Shown here: piece by piece, positions 48,701-62,188 of the stretch
How the letters are laid out: each line of letters opens with the position of its first letter
Numbering within the stretch: position 1 is the stretch's first letter
Source of the DNA: Bugula neritina
Lineage: Eukaryota > Animalia > Bryozoa
Reading direction: 5' to 3'
Length of the DNA: 64,000 nt
Assembly: GCA_964035545.1 (NCBI GenBank)
Contig: OZ037769.1
Location: forward strand, 15,530,633-15,594,632
Notes under the pieces: model-generated
The model's input: only the letters and a program-made list of their open reading frames with translations
What the model was told of the DNA's origin: nothing
Database searches by the model: none
Program-made: the position numbers and the translations under genes

Positions 48701-49525
48701 AATCTCCATTAGTTTTATTAAACAGGGCATTGTTTAATTTCAGTAACATGATGAATTATCTAAACTCCTTTATATTAAACTAGAGTTCAGTAAAGATGTC
48801 ACTTATTTCAATGAGTAGCCGGTTAGACTGGTTTCTGAAAGAAGTTGAGGTTTTATGGTAATAAACCCTGAGGCTCAGCGTTAGAAAAAGAATTCCGTGC
48901 TAAAAGAAGGTGAATGTGGGCCCTGAATGTAGGAATCTTTTGTGGATATTTTTGTTTTCTGCAATGTAATATATGTTACAAACTTGGTGAAAATCTCTGA
49001 TTTTTTACGTTAGAATTATTCTAAAAATAGATACATTGCAGTTGATTAGATGGTCACTGAGACCAGAAGATGAATATATTACTTCTATTTCTGTTTTTGA
49101 ACCCAGAGTGATTATGTTGACAAGATGTCAAGTAATTATAAGTATCCAGTCCCTAGAATTATGGATGGAGAAGAGCATCTTAAAATGTTACTTTGGAATA
49201 ACAGGATATGCACTAAGGACTGATGACACAGAGTTGATACCTTCTCCCTGACATTCATTTCATCCACAAGTACAATTAGTTTAAAAATTCAAAAATATAA
49301 AACGTATTTATAAAAAATGCCATCAAGAAATACTTTTAACTGTCTAATAGACAATATATCCTATGATTTGCAGTTCTTAATTTTGTTTTAAAATATTTTT
49401 ATTTAGATTATACACTTTTCATAATATTATGTACATGAAATATGTTTTGGATAAATATTAAGTTTAGATTCACTAAGGTTGTGGTTACAGTTCACTATTT
49501 ACATAAACTGGTGTGAAAAAGAGGT

Positions 49526-52500
49526 TCAAGTTAGAAACCCGCTCATTGGATCTTCGGAGAGTTTCATTCGCCGTCTGTAAGCTTCCATTTCCTCTTCGCT
49601 GGGCTCCTTCACGTCTACCATAGAGTTAAATGGCCGCTTTCTTTCATCCATCTTCAGCAGAAGTGCGTTTCGCTTTTCTTCATTTTCTTGTTTCTTCATA
49701 TACTGTAAAGGAGCAATTTGACGCATGAAAAAATATCACTAATACCAGTTAAACAAAGAATTTACCTGCTTGCAAGGAAACATGCAACTTGGTAATACGC
49801 TACATTGCTAGTTTGTTAGTAATCCAGCTAACAGTTTAAAATTTTTATTTTTTTGAAACTTTATGAAAATTGAGAATTGATAAACGACCTGTAAGATATT
49901 CCGGAAGCCATAGAACGTTGAATACTTAGTGAGCTGGTGTGGCATGGCAGTTCTAGTCTGATAAACTTAATTAGATTTGCTACCATTTACATTATTATAC
50001 AACTTGAAACACATAGTTCCATTAGCTTTTCAAATTTACAAAATTAACAGAAAAATAGCAAAATATAATGACATTACAAGGTGGTTTTAGTGTTTAACTT
50101 TATAAAAGTTTTTCATTTTAGCACAAATCATTTAGCAATAAAAATTGGAGTTTAAAATTTTTGTACAATCAGTTATATTCCTTCACAGCGTGGTGAATGT
50201 GTAGTAGATAAGTGTGGTATCGTGGGAATGCAAATGATTTTACATTTTTAACCTTAATTTGGCAATCTGCGCAGAATCTGGCAAATTTGCAAAACAAATT
50301 GTTAACAAAACAAATTACAAACCGTTATTATTAAAACTGAAAGTTGCTAAAAAAGATTATGCAATTTAGACTTCCAAATTGACCTCGGTGCAAATGCAAT
50401 TTTAATAAATTAGAATTTAGAGTTTTACTAAATATACAGACATGTCTCAGTTTATTAGCATCAGCATAATTGCCATTATGTTTTAGATAAAATATTAATG
50501 GGAAGGGAGTAGCCAGAAATTCATCATTCTAAATCATGGCAGCCGACTTGTGCAACTGTGGTGATAAAATTGAATAGAAATTAATGTCAAAGCACTGAGC
50601 GCAGAGTGTCTCCAGTGTGTAGCAGGTTGGTGAATGGCAGCAAACGCAAGGTGCCATTCTACAAATTGCTTTACAGTGCATTTGACATCTTCCGTCCAAT
50701 ATGCAGATTGAAGAAGTAGTTTCAAGGTTTGTAAAATAGGAGTCTCCAGAAATGTGCAAATGCTTATTATAAGATCATTACTCAAACGGAATCTTTGCGC
50801 CAGTTTATACCCCATAGGTGAGCTCGGGGATCTTCATATGAATTGTTATTATTATTATATTTTTAACATCAAACTTATGTTTGCTTGCCTATCAAAAGCC
50901 AACTTTTGATAGAAGTAGTTTTCGGTATCTGGCTGCCCAACTAATGACTTCCTGTTTAATAGCTATTTATGTATTTACATCACACCCGCAGAAGAAAATA
51001 CGAAGCACTACCATCTTTTTAAACAAAATGTAGCAGTTGACTAAGGACAAAGGTATTCCAAATATATTTTCAGTAATTTCAATCATTTTAATTTTAAAAA
51101 CGAAATTGAAAGTCTAGTTGTTGACTAGGTATAAAAAAGATTAATGATGAAACGGACACTATTTTAAGATTAAGACATTTTAGGATTTATATTGTTTACT
51201 ACATTACTGAATAAGAAAATTAGGCTACATTTAATTGAAGGATATGAAAGCTGTCGGTTTATGTCTGTAGAGATGTGACACCAAGTAGAGAGATGTGACA
51301 CCAAAAGGGGAGGGGGAGACTACACAGTATGAACCTTGAGCTCTGAAGTATTGCACATTCTCACACATACAGACGTGTTGCGATGACCTCAGGAGCTCAC
51401 GTAAACTCTAGAACTGTTTGCACCACAGTGAGACATCATTGGAAACCAACCAGTACAACAACTAAGAATCTTCCAGCAAACCCACCTATTCGGAAGATTG
51501 CAAGTCAAGTTTTCATAACACTGCAATTCTACAACAGAAAACCTATCTAATGTCCCAGCTATGTCTTTTTCACTAATAATACACAACATACCAAATTGAC
51601 TCAGGGAAACAAAATAAATAACTAATATTCTTTTTCCTAAATGTAATCAAGATTCCTGGAAGCAATGCCAAAACAGAAGTTCAAAAGAGCAGCAGTTGTG
51701 AGTAAACACAGAGCATGTGCTGCCCTTCCTTGGAAAGGATGCTTGGAGGAATCTATAATTTGGTAACCAGCTGACAATGCCAGTAGAGTATAGCTGGCTG
51801 TGTGTGGTATTCTATGTAACACCACTGTGTGTGGTACTCTGTGTGCGGTACTCTATGTAACACCACTGTGTGTGGTACTCTGTGTAACACCACTGTGTGT
51901 GGTACTCTGTATAACACCACTGTGTGTGGTACTCTGTGTGTGGTACTCTGTGTAACACCACTGTGTGTGGTACTCTGTGTAACACCACTGTGTGTGGTAC
52001 TCTGTGTAACACCACTGTGTGTGGTACTCTGTGTAACACCACTGTGTGTGGTACTCTGTGTAACACCACTGTGTGTGGTACTCTCAGCTGTAGTAGAAAA
52101 GGGACAGGCCATGACTCAGGTTTACCACCGAACAAACCATGACTGAATATTCAGGGCTCTTTTAATGGTAACTGAGCTAGAAATCGCAGCAGCTGGGGCC
52201 ATAGTAATTACCATACTACTATTGTTAGAACTGAATAAATTAAATCCTTAAGAAAAATAATTTATCAAAACCATTTAGTACATGAATAATATGCATCTTG
52301 CAAAAAATTGGAGCAAAGAAAACTTTTTAAAAATCTTTTCCAAAATAAATTAGAAGCTGTAGAAGCAACTCATCTGAAATGAAAATTTGCAGAGCAAAAA
52401 ACTAACTTCCAATGAATTAACCAAAATAGGAGTTTTTGGAATTCTTATATAGGATTTCTCACTCATTGAACAGCCAGGCTGTTTACTTACTAGCTGGTAT

Positions 52501-55500
52501 GATAAATAAACAATTAGTTGAACTTTGGTAACCCCCCTCTAGTACATCTCTAGCTAACAGAAAACAAACAGGGAGATAGTAGGAGTGCCTGGTAATCAGC
52601 TTATATCCTCAGGAAAATGGCCCCTAATCCTTCACATGAATTCTTTCAAAATTTCACCAAAAGGGGGAGGCAAAAGGTGGGAAAGAAGGGGAAGAGAAAA
52701 ATGGTGTAAAATTGGAGAAGTGATTTCAAAATTACCAAAACCTAGTGGCAGAGGGGGGAGATAATTCCTTCTAACTAGTTGATGCCAATTCACTAAGATA
52801 TTGCAGATGTCACTATGTTGATCAACGATGAATAGATTTATTTCAAGACAAAAAATTTCTGTCTGTCTGTTACATAAGAAAATTGAGTAGAATTAAAACC
52901 CTAAATGTGATAAAATGAAGGTAGATTTATCACTTGTCTAAAAAACCACAAATCTGTAATGCTAGTCAGTTGCACTAAAACCAACAACTTTTTATACCTC
53001 AGCTGAAAATAGTTCAGACTGTGAACTTTCAACATCAGAAGTAGAGAAAGACGGCCATATACCTAAGTTCTGATTTTTGATAGTTTTACTGAGCTTACAA
53101 ATATGGATTAGCAGCAACTGTATGGTGTGCATAAACAGTTGCAGTGTGTGTAGTGTGTGTAGTGTGTGTAGTGTGTGTAGTGTGTGTAGTGTGAGTAGTG
53201 TGTGTAGTGTGTGTAGTGTGTGTAGGGTGTGTAGTGTGTGTAGCGTGTGTAGCGTGAGTAGTGTGTAGCGTGTGTAGGGTGTGTAGCGTGTGCAGTGTGT
53301 GTAGTGTGTGTAGTGTGAGTAGTGTGTGTAGTGTGTGTAGAGGGAGATTGGAAAGCTTGATTTGTAAAGTGTTGTGTATACATAATGCTGTAGTGTATAC
53401 ATAGTGTTGTAGTGTATACATAGTGTTTTGGTGGAAGTCATACTTTGGGCTTTATTGTGCTAACAAAAATAATTTTTTTCCCCCCAAGAAGTTAAAAAAC
53501 AAGACTTTCAAGGAAGATATTTATTTGGATAGTGAAAATGGAGAGGTTTGTGTATTTTATACCCTAAAATGAAACTCAACAAAACTGTCATTCAATTTAC
53601 ACTAAACTCTATAGAACTGTGTATGCTATATAAGACAGTGTAGAATACTACAGCTGATGGTAACATACTACTGTGACTTCAACAACTAACGGACTCTCTA
53701 ACTCACCTCCCGTATTTTCTTCTCCCTCTTGACTTCCTCATCTTCTGACTCCGCTGACTCGCTGTCGCTGCTGCTGCTGCTCTCCTTCCTCCGTCTTTTC
53801 TTCTTGCTGCGCTTGTTTTTTTTCTTTTTATTCTTGGAACGCTTTTTCTCCAGTTTTTCCTGATGTTGCTGGAAAAGAGTTAAGTGAAAGTTTATAAGAG
53901 ATAGCCTGGGAATCTTCAGCAAGTTTCACGAAGTTCTACTCCCCCCCCCAAACTAGATATGCTACCCCAAGCAGTAACCACAAACCTCTCAGCTGTTTGA
54001 AAAGGGCATCAGTTTTCAAAAGAATGATTCATTTTAAATTTTAAGAGCTTGAAAATTTGCAATATTTCATAAAAAACAACAAGAGTGAAAAAAGAATTCG
54101 GTAATTAATCAGTTTGCACAACTTTTCATGCGGCCAAGAGTGACCTGCATTAGCATTGGTAATTAAGCGCAGGCTAATTGCGATAAACAAAACAACAATT
54201 AAATAATATAATTAGTATTCTGCAGTTTATTTCGATAGAGTAGAGAAAGACCACACCCCTGCACCTCACACCTCTGCACCTGCTACATTCACAATACCGT
54301 CGTATCGTCTGCACGTAGAGTATTATTCAAATTAACCATTACCTGCATGAATGGGTTAATTTGTAATTATTATGAAACATTTCCAGAGATAAAATAATAT
54401 TCTGCATAATTTCTGCATATTTTTAGAATCCTTTCGGTGATTGAGGTTCAGATTTTTGTCCAAAATAACAGAACATATTTTTTGCCTTTTAATTTGATTT
54501 CAAAACCAGAATAAAAACAAGTCTTTCTACAGAGAGATGGAGAGACCATAACCTGACTGCCAGACCACAAATTTCTCCAGAAAATGAGGTGCTAATGCCT
54601 TCTGCATGTTACCAGCCAGCCACCAGCACCTCTGGAGAGGATGGTGACACTTCCACTCCACATGAACAGACACCACAATGACTCAAACATTCAAACCTTC
54701 TGGGCACCTCCTGAATATTTTAGAAAGAATTATGAGCTCAAAATTTGGTGGTTGGCTAGCCAGCAAGTGTAGGATTGCACAGCTGGAGTAACAAATATCT
54801 TTTTATTGAATATTGAACCCCCAGTAACAAATAGGCAACTGTTGGAAATTTGAGAACTATTAGTAACTAGTAGCACATAGTATGGCACCAAGTGTCACTA
54901 GTATTACAGAGTATGACACCAGGTGTCACTAGTAGTACAGAGTATGACACCAGGTGTCACTAGTAGTACATAGTATGACACCAGATGTCACTAGTAGTAC
55001 AGGGTATGACACCAGGTGTCACTAGTAGTACAGAGTATGACACCAGGTGTCACTAGTAGTACATAGTATGACACCAGATGTCACTAGTAGTACAGGGTAT
55101 GACACTAGATGTCACTAGTAGTACAGAGTATGACACCAGGTGTCACTAGTTGTACATAGTATGACACCAGGTGTCACTAGTAGTACATAGTGTGACACCA
55201 GGTGTCACTAGTAGTACAGAGTATGACACCAGGTGTCACTAGTAGTACATAGTTTAGTACCTCCATGAGAGACTTCACTGGCTCTTCTGTTTCACTGTCT
55301 CTCTCTCCGGCGGCTTCTCCAACGTCTCCCAACATCTGAGAAACGGCCGACTACAAAACAGAGCAACTCGTTCACATGTACCCAGACTCCACCCTTCGTT
55401 CCAACGCAGTGAATCAGGAATTGCGTGTTACATAACAGAGCTGTGTCATTTGTGACATGACAATTATAATCCGATAAATCGTGTGTCTGATAATTGTGTA

Positions 55501-58500
55501 TCCGGGTGTGAGGATATGTTGCGTGCTTTCGGCAAACTGAAAAATGCCTAGCAGTGTTGATATTGGAAATGATGAAACAAGGTGATTCTTCCACGACAGC
55601 AGATGATTCTGTGGTAGAAATGTGAGGCATGACTGTGGTACCAGAGAATTGGAAGGAAAAACGGAAGAGTAGAAATGGAATTTATGATTTCATCGTTTGA
55701 CCAGCACATGTGCGCTAATCAAACTAGCTTTAGCACGGCAAGGTCATAATATATCACGTAATATATCTAAATAATATATCATGATTTCATAATGTATCTG
55801 TAACATAAACTGTTTATAATCCATTATATAACCCTTTAATGACTGTATGACAAGACATGGAAAGACAATATATCATTACAAGCAAACAGCTGATTTGATA
55901 AAAGCTTACCTAGTCTGTACATAAACTAGAACTGTAACAGCTCTGAGTTACTGTTGACCTTGAACAACTATAGAAACCTATCAATACTATACTAATAATA
56001 TTGTAACCAATTTTTAATATTATACCATTAATATTATATTACCCATACTGTATTGTCATGACAGTAATCAATATTATATTATCAACACTATAATATTATA
56101 AAAGGGCACATTGGCTCACCTGCTCCATGCCAGCTGCATCTCTGCCCTTCTCCCCAGTGCAGTACGACTCTTTGATGGTGGAGTAACAGCACTTGTATCC
56201 CCACTTGCCACAGCTCCAGTACGAACCCCAGACACTCTGAAGAGAAAGTAACGTATGCTTAACAGGAGGGATAACTCTATTTATATACAAGAGACATTAC
56301 TTGGTATCCACACAGGAGAGGAATCATTTGGTACAACATACAGGAGGGATAAATCAGAAAAAATTACCATATACATTATTTAGCATACTAAAAAACACAT
56401 TTATAACAATCAATGGTATTTTACATTAAGAAAGCCTAGCTGACAGTAGCAAAACCGTACGTACCGTGTGATTGTTGAAATAAACATCTTCTTCGTATCT
56501 AGACTTGATTACTGCCTTCTCCTGGCCTTTCACAACCATCCCCGTTCTAGAATATTCCACGTAGTTCTCCTATAACAGTCAACAATATATAATATAACCC
56601 ACTCAGTAACAATATAATTATGATAACCCACTCAGTAACTACAAGGACAGTCTTTAGAGTGTAAAAGAGAAACAATACTTTTTCCTGACACAATTAATTT
56701 GAGTAGCAACCCTGTTATTATACTAATAATAATGCACACTTGAAAATAACCAAACTGTATTCACACAGCATACCCAGTTATGACAACAGCTATTTATCAA
56801 AACTCTTGATAAAATTAATGGCCATAATTTATAAAGCTGCACAAAGGAATACATGAGTTTGGGTCAGTATAAGGTTGAATAGACTGTATACAGTGTTAGT
56901 GGCTGAGACAGATGCTATCTCACCAGGAGGTGAGGTGAGGGTTGGAGAGGGCAGGATGGGTGGATGGTGTGTTTGTATAAGATGAGATTAGCTAGAAAAT
57001 GGAGTAGCTGTGAGTAGATTGCAATGATAGCTGAGGTGTAATGCTATAATACTCTCATCAGTGTATTTGATAACAGATCAGTACAACAAAATTCACCACC
57101 TGCAAATATGCAGTCTAAGTACTAAACCTGAAGGTCGAAAGTCAATAATTGTTTTCCAATAGAAAACAAAATAGTCTCAAAATTTAACAGTTTCTTTGTG
57201 ACTATATTTTCTAATGAATAACTTATGTTGTTAGGTTTGGAGCTGATTGTGCTGACCTAAATGAGTGAACTATAAAAGAGCCTCTTTTGAAGGACGAGAA
57301 TTGCCCACAACTCCAAAATATGAATTATTAAAATATGGCAAGAATTCCTCACTCGAAAACACTGGAAAGAGGGGAGTTTAACTGCACCACCCTTAATCTG
57401 TGTGTTTAGCCACTGTGACTGACTTACCAACTGCTTGAAGCATGAAATGGGGTGAGAGAGAAATTAATCTATTCTCAGTACGATATGATACCAACACGAC
57501 AATTATTACTTACAAGATAAGAATACAGTATAACATGCAACATGAACTGTTTAACTGCCAATAAATATGCATAATATGTTATATAATACTGTAATTATAT
57601 TATATATTACTATATGCCTGCATCTATGTACTCCTGTATAATGTATATATCATAGCTAAGCATGGTATGTTACAGTATTGTATATATTACAATGTCACAC
57701 TACAGGTATCTGTTACACTAATATCACATTATTTTGGTAGCTCTAATATTGAAATGATATTTAAACAAGACAATAAAAGCATCTAATCGTTTCCTAATGG
57801 AAAAGAGTTTTATTGTTGTGTTTCTATAACAATTAAACCAGGTCATGCTACACCAGCTAATGTCTTTTTGAACTACTCTAAAACAACATATCGGGCTGTG
57901 TGCTCCATCTCGTGATGGGCAGGTAAGAATGCAGACCAAAGACTATACAACACAGTCCCTAACACCCACCGAGACTTTGGTCTGCGCGTCTAACTCTGAC
58001 AAGGGGGTAATTGGCAAGAGAAAAAGTGCAACCTACTAAAATTTAATAGAGATAATGGAAAAGAAAACACACACACATGTCTAGCACTACTGAGCATAAA
58101 CATTGCCATGTTGACTTTGGCTGTTTTAGCGATTGCTTTACATTTCGTAGGAAGTTAGCTAACAGTCCAAGTATTAACAAAGTCAACAAACTGGAACAGT
58201 GAACAACAGCTAAAATGTAGCCTGTGTGCTCTTCAGTTAGACTAAAACTTATTATTAGTAACAGATTTACAGGCTATGGTAATTAATTAGCATGGGATAA
58301 CACTGTTTTCCATTTTGAGTAGAAATAATTTTTAAAAAAAAAGGGACACCTGGCACCTATCTTAAAAAATCTATTTCCTGGGAAGAACATAGTCTAAGAT
58401 TCTAGTTAGAACTATGGTAGTTGTTTATTTCAAAGGTTTGCCTTGTGAAAAATTCTTTAATAATGGTTCTGTAGAATATAATATGAAATATAAAGTTATG

Positions 58501-61500
58501 TAAAACATAACAGAAGTGTAATTGGAGTCAAAACAACCCGGAAGAACTGTTTAGTTGGTAGAGATGTTTAGCGATGAGAGAGAAACTTTAGAGTTTGTAC
58601 CTCTGTGACACATTGCCATCAGAGAGAGAGCACCTGCAGTGACTTGCCAAGATAAATTTGTTGGTGTGAATCAGGGCTGGAGAATTTTGTGGTGAGTTGG
58701 AAGCCTTAGAGGGATTATTAGTAGCTGGTGATTAGGAAAGAGATAAATAAACAGTAGCTAAGAAAATAAACATTGAGGAGAGGAGAGATGATTGTTAAAC
58801 AGAAGCTGAGCTGATATACACTACATACGGCTTTCTAAACAGAATATTTCAGCAATCATCTCCCCATACGTATTTTAAAATACCAAGTTGAATAATCAAC
58901 AGCAAGTCTATATATTACTAACAACATTATTCCATAATATAACTTATATAACAAAATAATATAACCACAGTTAGGTATTGGAACTAAAATGATACTTTTC
59001 CACTTATTGTTAGTATAAATTATAAACAAAATTCTGATATGGGCTGAACTATTTACTTGGAAAATAGTTTTAATAAAATATTTTTTTTAATTTTTATAAA
59101 TTATCCTATTTTAATATAATCTATCATATTAAACAAAAAACGCCACATGTTTCAGAGATGAGATTTTGAAACTGTAAACACCTGTTATATACCTGTTATA
59201 TGTACATGTAAGAGGGGAAGAAGTTAGAGCTGAATGACCTAATTTGAGTGATAAAGGTGGATGTTTGATCAGGTGAAAATACGCCCTGTCAGGTGATCAC
59301 ACCTGGATGTTGGTGATTCCAATACAAGAAACTAATATCAAATAAACAACAAATTTTAGAACTGAATTCCATATGAATATCTCCTGACAACTGAAGCACT
59401 GTCTTACTTTCTCTCTAACAGAACTCTATGACAATCATACACTGAAAGTGTGGCTACAGACAGAGTTGACCAGGAATATGCTATGGCACTGGGCCCCACC
59501 TTAAATAGCAAATCAGTGAGATACCCTACGACAGACAGACAGACAGACTCCCTACAAGTGCAGTGGACGTCTGCGGTAAGAATGTCAACATTTCATGTCC
59601 TCCAGACTCCGCCTGCTGCGGCTGGAAGGGCAGGTGAGGATTGTAGCCAGCAGAGAGAGAAACTGAGAAAACTTTTTTGCACAATATAAAAATGAGAAAA
59701 AGTAGATTGTTACTTCTTGATTTATTGCTATGAATATAAATACCCTGACAGATAATTAGATGTAAACATGAATAATATAAATACTGTTGTATAGAAGACT
59801 CTGGCTGTACGAATAATAACACAAAACACCCCCTCTCTTTCCTGCACCCCCTTCTGAACTCCCTCTACACCCCCTCCCTTTCAATTATACTCAATTCTAT
59901 GAATTTGAAAGTAATGCCATAAACATATCCTGAATGTGAAAAGTAATGCATAGAGTAATGTGAAGGTAATGTGATCAGTAATGTGTATAGTAATGTGAAG
60001 GCAATGTGTATAGTAATGTGAAGGTAATGTATACAGTAATGTGAAGATAATGTGTATAGTAATGTATACAGCAATGTGTATAGTAATGTATACAGCAATG
60101 TGTATAGTAATGTATACAGAGTAATGTGAAAGTAATGTAATCAGTAATGTGAAGGTAATGCATACAGCAACGTGAAGGTAATGTATACAGCAATGTGTAT
60201 AGTAATGTAAACAGCAATGTAAAAGTAATTCAGCTAAAACAGGAGAAGAAGCCCTGTAACTATGAGATAAAATTAATAAAACACAATTCACCAACAGCTG
60301 GGAGGTTCTACTCACTGTTTGAGCTAAGAGAAGCTCTTTGGGCGGGGCCTGCAGATGCTCCACCCCACCATACTTGTTCAAGATGGCGTCTTTCTTGGAA
60401 TCTTCGTGTGTGTCTTTCCTCTGTTTGTATTCTCTGTTTAGGAGTTCCAGCTTGGTCGGGTCTGCCTGTAGGTGTACGTCTGCCCCTCGTTCAAACGCAT
60501 CCCACGCAAACTCTACACATGGGGAAAATACATGAATATAATGGAATAGATAACTAAATATAGATATAATGGAATGGAATATGATGGAATAATTATGATA
60601 TTGCCTAATGTTTGATGATAATAGTTGTAAACAGGATGCAGCTTTGTACCAGAGAATGCATATAACATAGAAAGACATAAACTCTAGCAGCTAATGCAAC
60701 AGAAACTTCCAGATAAACAAATGGTTTTAAACCATGTTGATTTTCAAAAAACTAAGTGAAATAAATTTAAGTTTGCTTCTTTAGAAAATCATTAAGAGTA
60801 TCTATTTTATTAAAAATTAACTGAATAAATGAGTGAATATAAGCAACACAAAACATTGCGAGTGTGACATTATTTACTATTACTTGTGCTAGCATTCAGT
60901 GATGAGATAGAATTGTAGACAGCAGGGTATTAGAGTACGGCTAGGACTGCATTCAATTATGTATGCGATATATTTCTGTATGTGTTTTGTTTCTGATGTG
61001 TTATGCTTTTGCAGACTCATGCATTTCAGCTAGTAAATATTACACTCACACTTGACACAAGCGTTGACAAGATGGTGAACCAAATTTTTGATTAATAGCC
61101 GGTTTGTGGTGTTTTCGGACCCCTAGCAATGCATAATTATCGTTACATAACACTGTTGATTGTTGCGTTGAAAAGTAAATGACAGATTTTGGCTTGTAAA
61201 AACCGACAGAGAGTTGGAATGAGTTGGCGGTGGTCACAGCTAAGTGACTGACTGCACAGCCCTTCCACTCCACCCGATACGCGTAGTCGCAGCTCATTGG
61301 CTAAGCTCCCCCGTCAGGAAACGAGTATGAAATATGCACAAGATTGAGACGGAGAGATGAAATTATTCTGGTTTGATGGATGAGAAGGAGAATTAGCATA
61401 AACTGGCTGTCTTTTCTCTGCTATGTCGGCAGACAAATACCAGAGCTTTAGAGATACGCTGCAGCAACTGGACACGCCTTTCTGCTCATTATCCTACCAG

Positions 61501-62188
61501 TAATTACACCACGAGGAATGTTTTACTTTTGGCTGCCCATTCCAGAAAAATAGTTTTAAATTAATTTTGAAGTTGAAAATTAAACTGGAACCTGATTCCT
61601 TTAGCTGCCGATACTGAGGCAGCTAAAGTTGTCAACAGCTTGTCCAGTCAAAAATATAAAAGAGAAATTTGACTGCGTGCTAGAGGCAATGAATTACCCT
61701 AATTAGTATAAAATTTGCATTTATATTAATTATTTTTACTAGATTTACTATTTCATATTTAAATCCAATTTAAAATTTGTAAAAAATTCAAAATTGCCAT
61801 AAAATATTGTTATGGAGATGAGGTTGGACAGATACCATTCCTGACATACTCAATGCTACAAACAAAACACATAGGAATGATGAAGAGAGAAGAATGATGG
61901 CTGAGAAGAGATGGAGGGAGAGAGAAAGCGCACGCAGTGGAAAAATAGTCTGGTGGTAGAACTGGCAGAATGAAAATTTAGCATTTTATTTTACAAATGT
62001 ATGGTGATATGAAATCTAGTTGGGAGAATAGCTAAAGAGGGCTCAGGCCATGTGTTCTAGAAAGAGCAGGTAACTCTGAATCGAAGCTGCTGTCGAAAGA
62101 GTAAAGTCAGCGTAATACAAACTCACTCTGCTGTAGGGCCATGTTGTTGGCATCACCAGTAGCTCTAGCAAAGTTCTCTCCTTGGTAC
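49526..62188 (-). CDS. SLU7: Pre-mRNA splicing factor SLU7, 3' portion (5' exons not found; probably beyond the window end)
   Basis: Exons 62127-62188 ([12 protein letters not shown]), ~60316-60512 ([24 protein letters not shown]...[10 protein letters not shown]), 56465-56569 ([10 protein letters not shown]...SRYEEDV..NNHT), ~56120-56236 ([15 protein letters not shown]), ~55261-55350, ~53707-53868 (K/S-rich) and 49526-~49702 ([10 protein letters not shown]...EEEMEAYR...EDPM). Confidence 0.95.
51798..52085. repeat. 24-bp minisatellite (TGTAACACCACTGTGTGTGGTACTCTG-like)
   Basis: Tandem units in a SLU7 intron. Confidence 0.92.
53143..53340. repeat. 9-bp tandem repeat (GTGTGTGTA)n
   Basis: Tandem units in a SLU7 intron. 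Confidence 0.95.
54865..55252. repeat. 31-bp minisatellite with an internal palindrome
   Basis: Unit GTGTCACTAGTAGTACAGAGTATGACACCAG, about 12 copies, adjacent to a SLU7 donor. Confidence 0.95.
59935..60225. repeat. Degenerate 11/12-bp tandem repeat (GTAATGTGTATA / GTAATGTGAAG)
   Basis: Tandem units in a SLU7 intron. Confidence 0.88.

Noticed and set aside
51753-53441. Repetitive His/Thr/Cys-rich ORFs
   Set aside because: Translations of 24-bp and 9-bp intronic tandem repeats in SLU7.
20994-55252. Regular repeat arrays resembling CRISPR
   Set aside because: Head-to-tail units without unique spacers, located in spliceosomal introns of a eukaryote, with no cas genes.
60860-61520. CpG-richer segment in a SLU7 intron (a similar one lies at ~55400-55740) suggesting a TE fragment
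   Set aside because: No TIR, TSD or coding remnant could be defined by eye; needs a repeat-library search.
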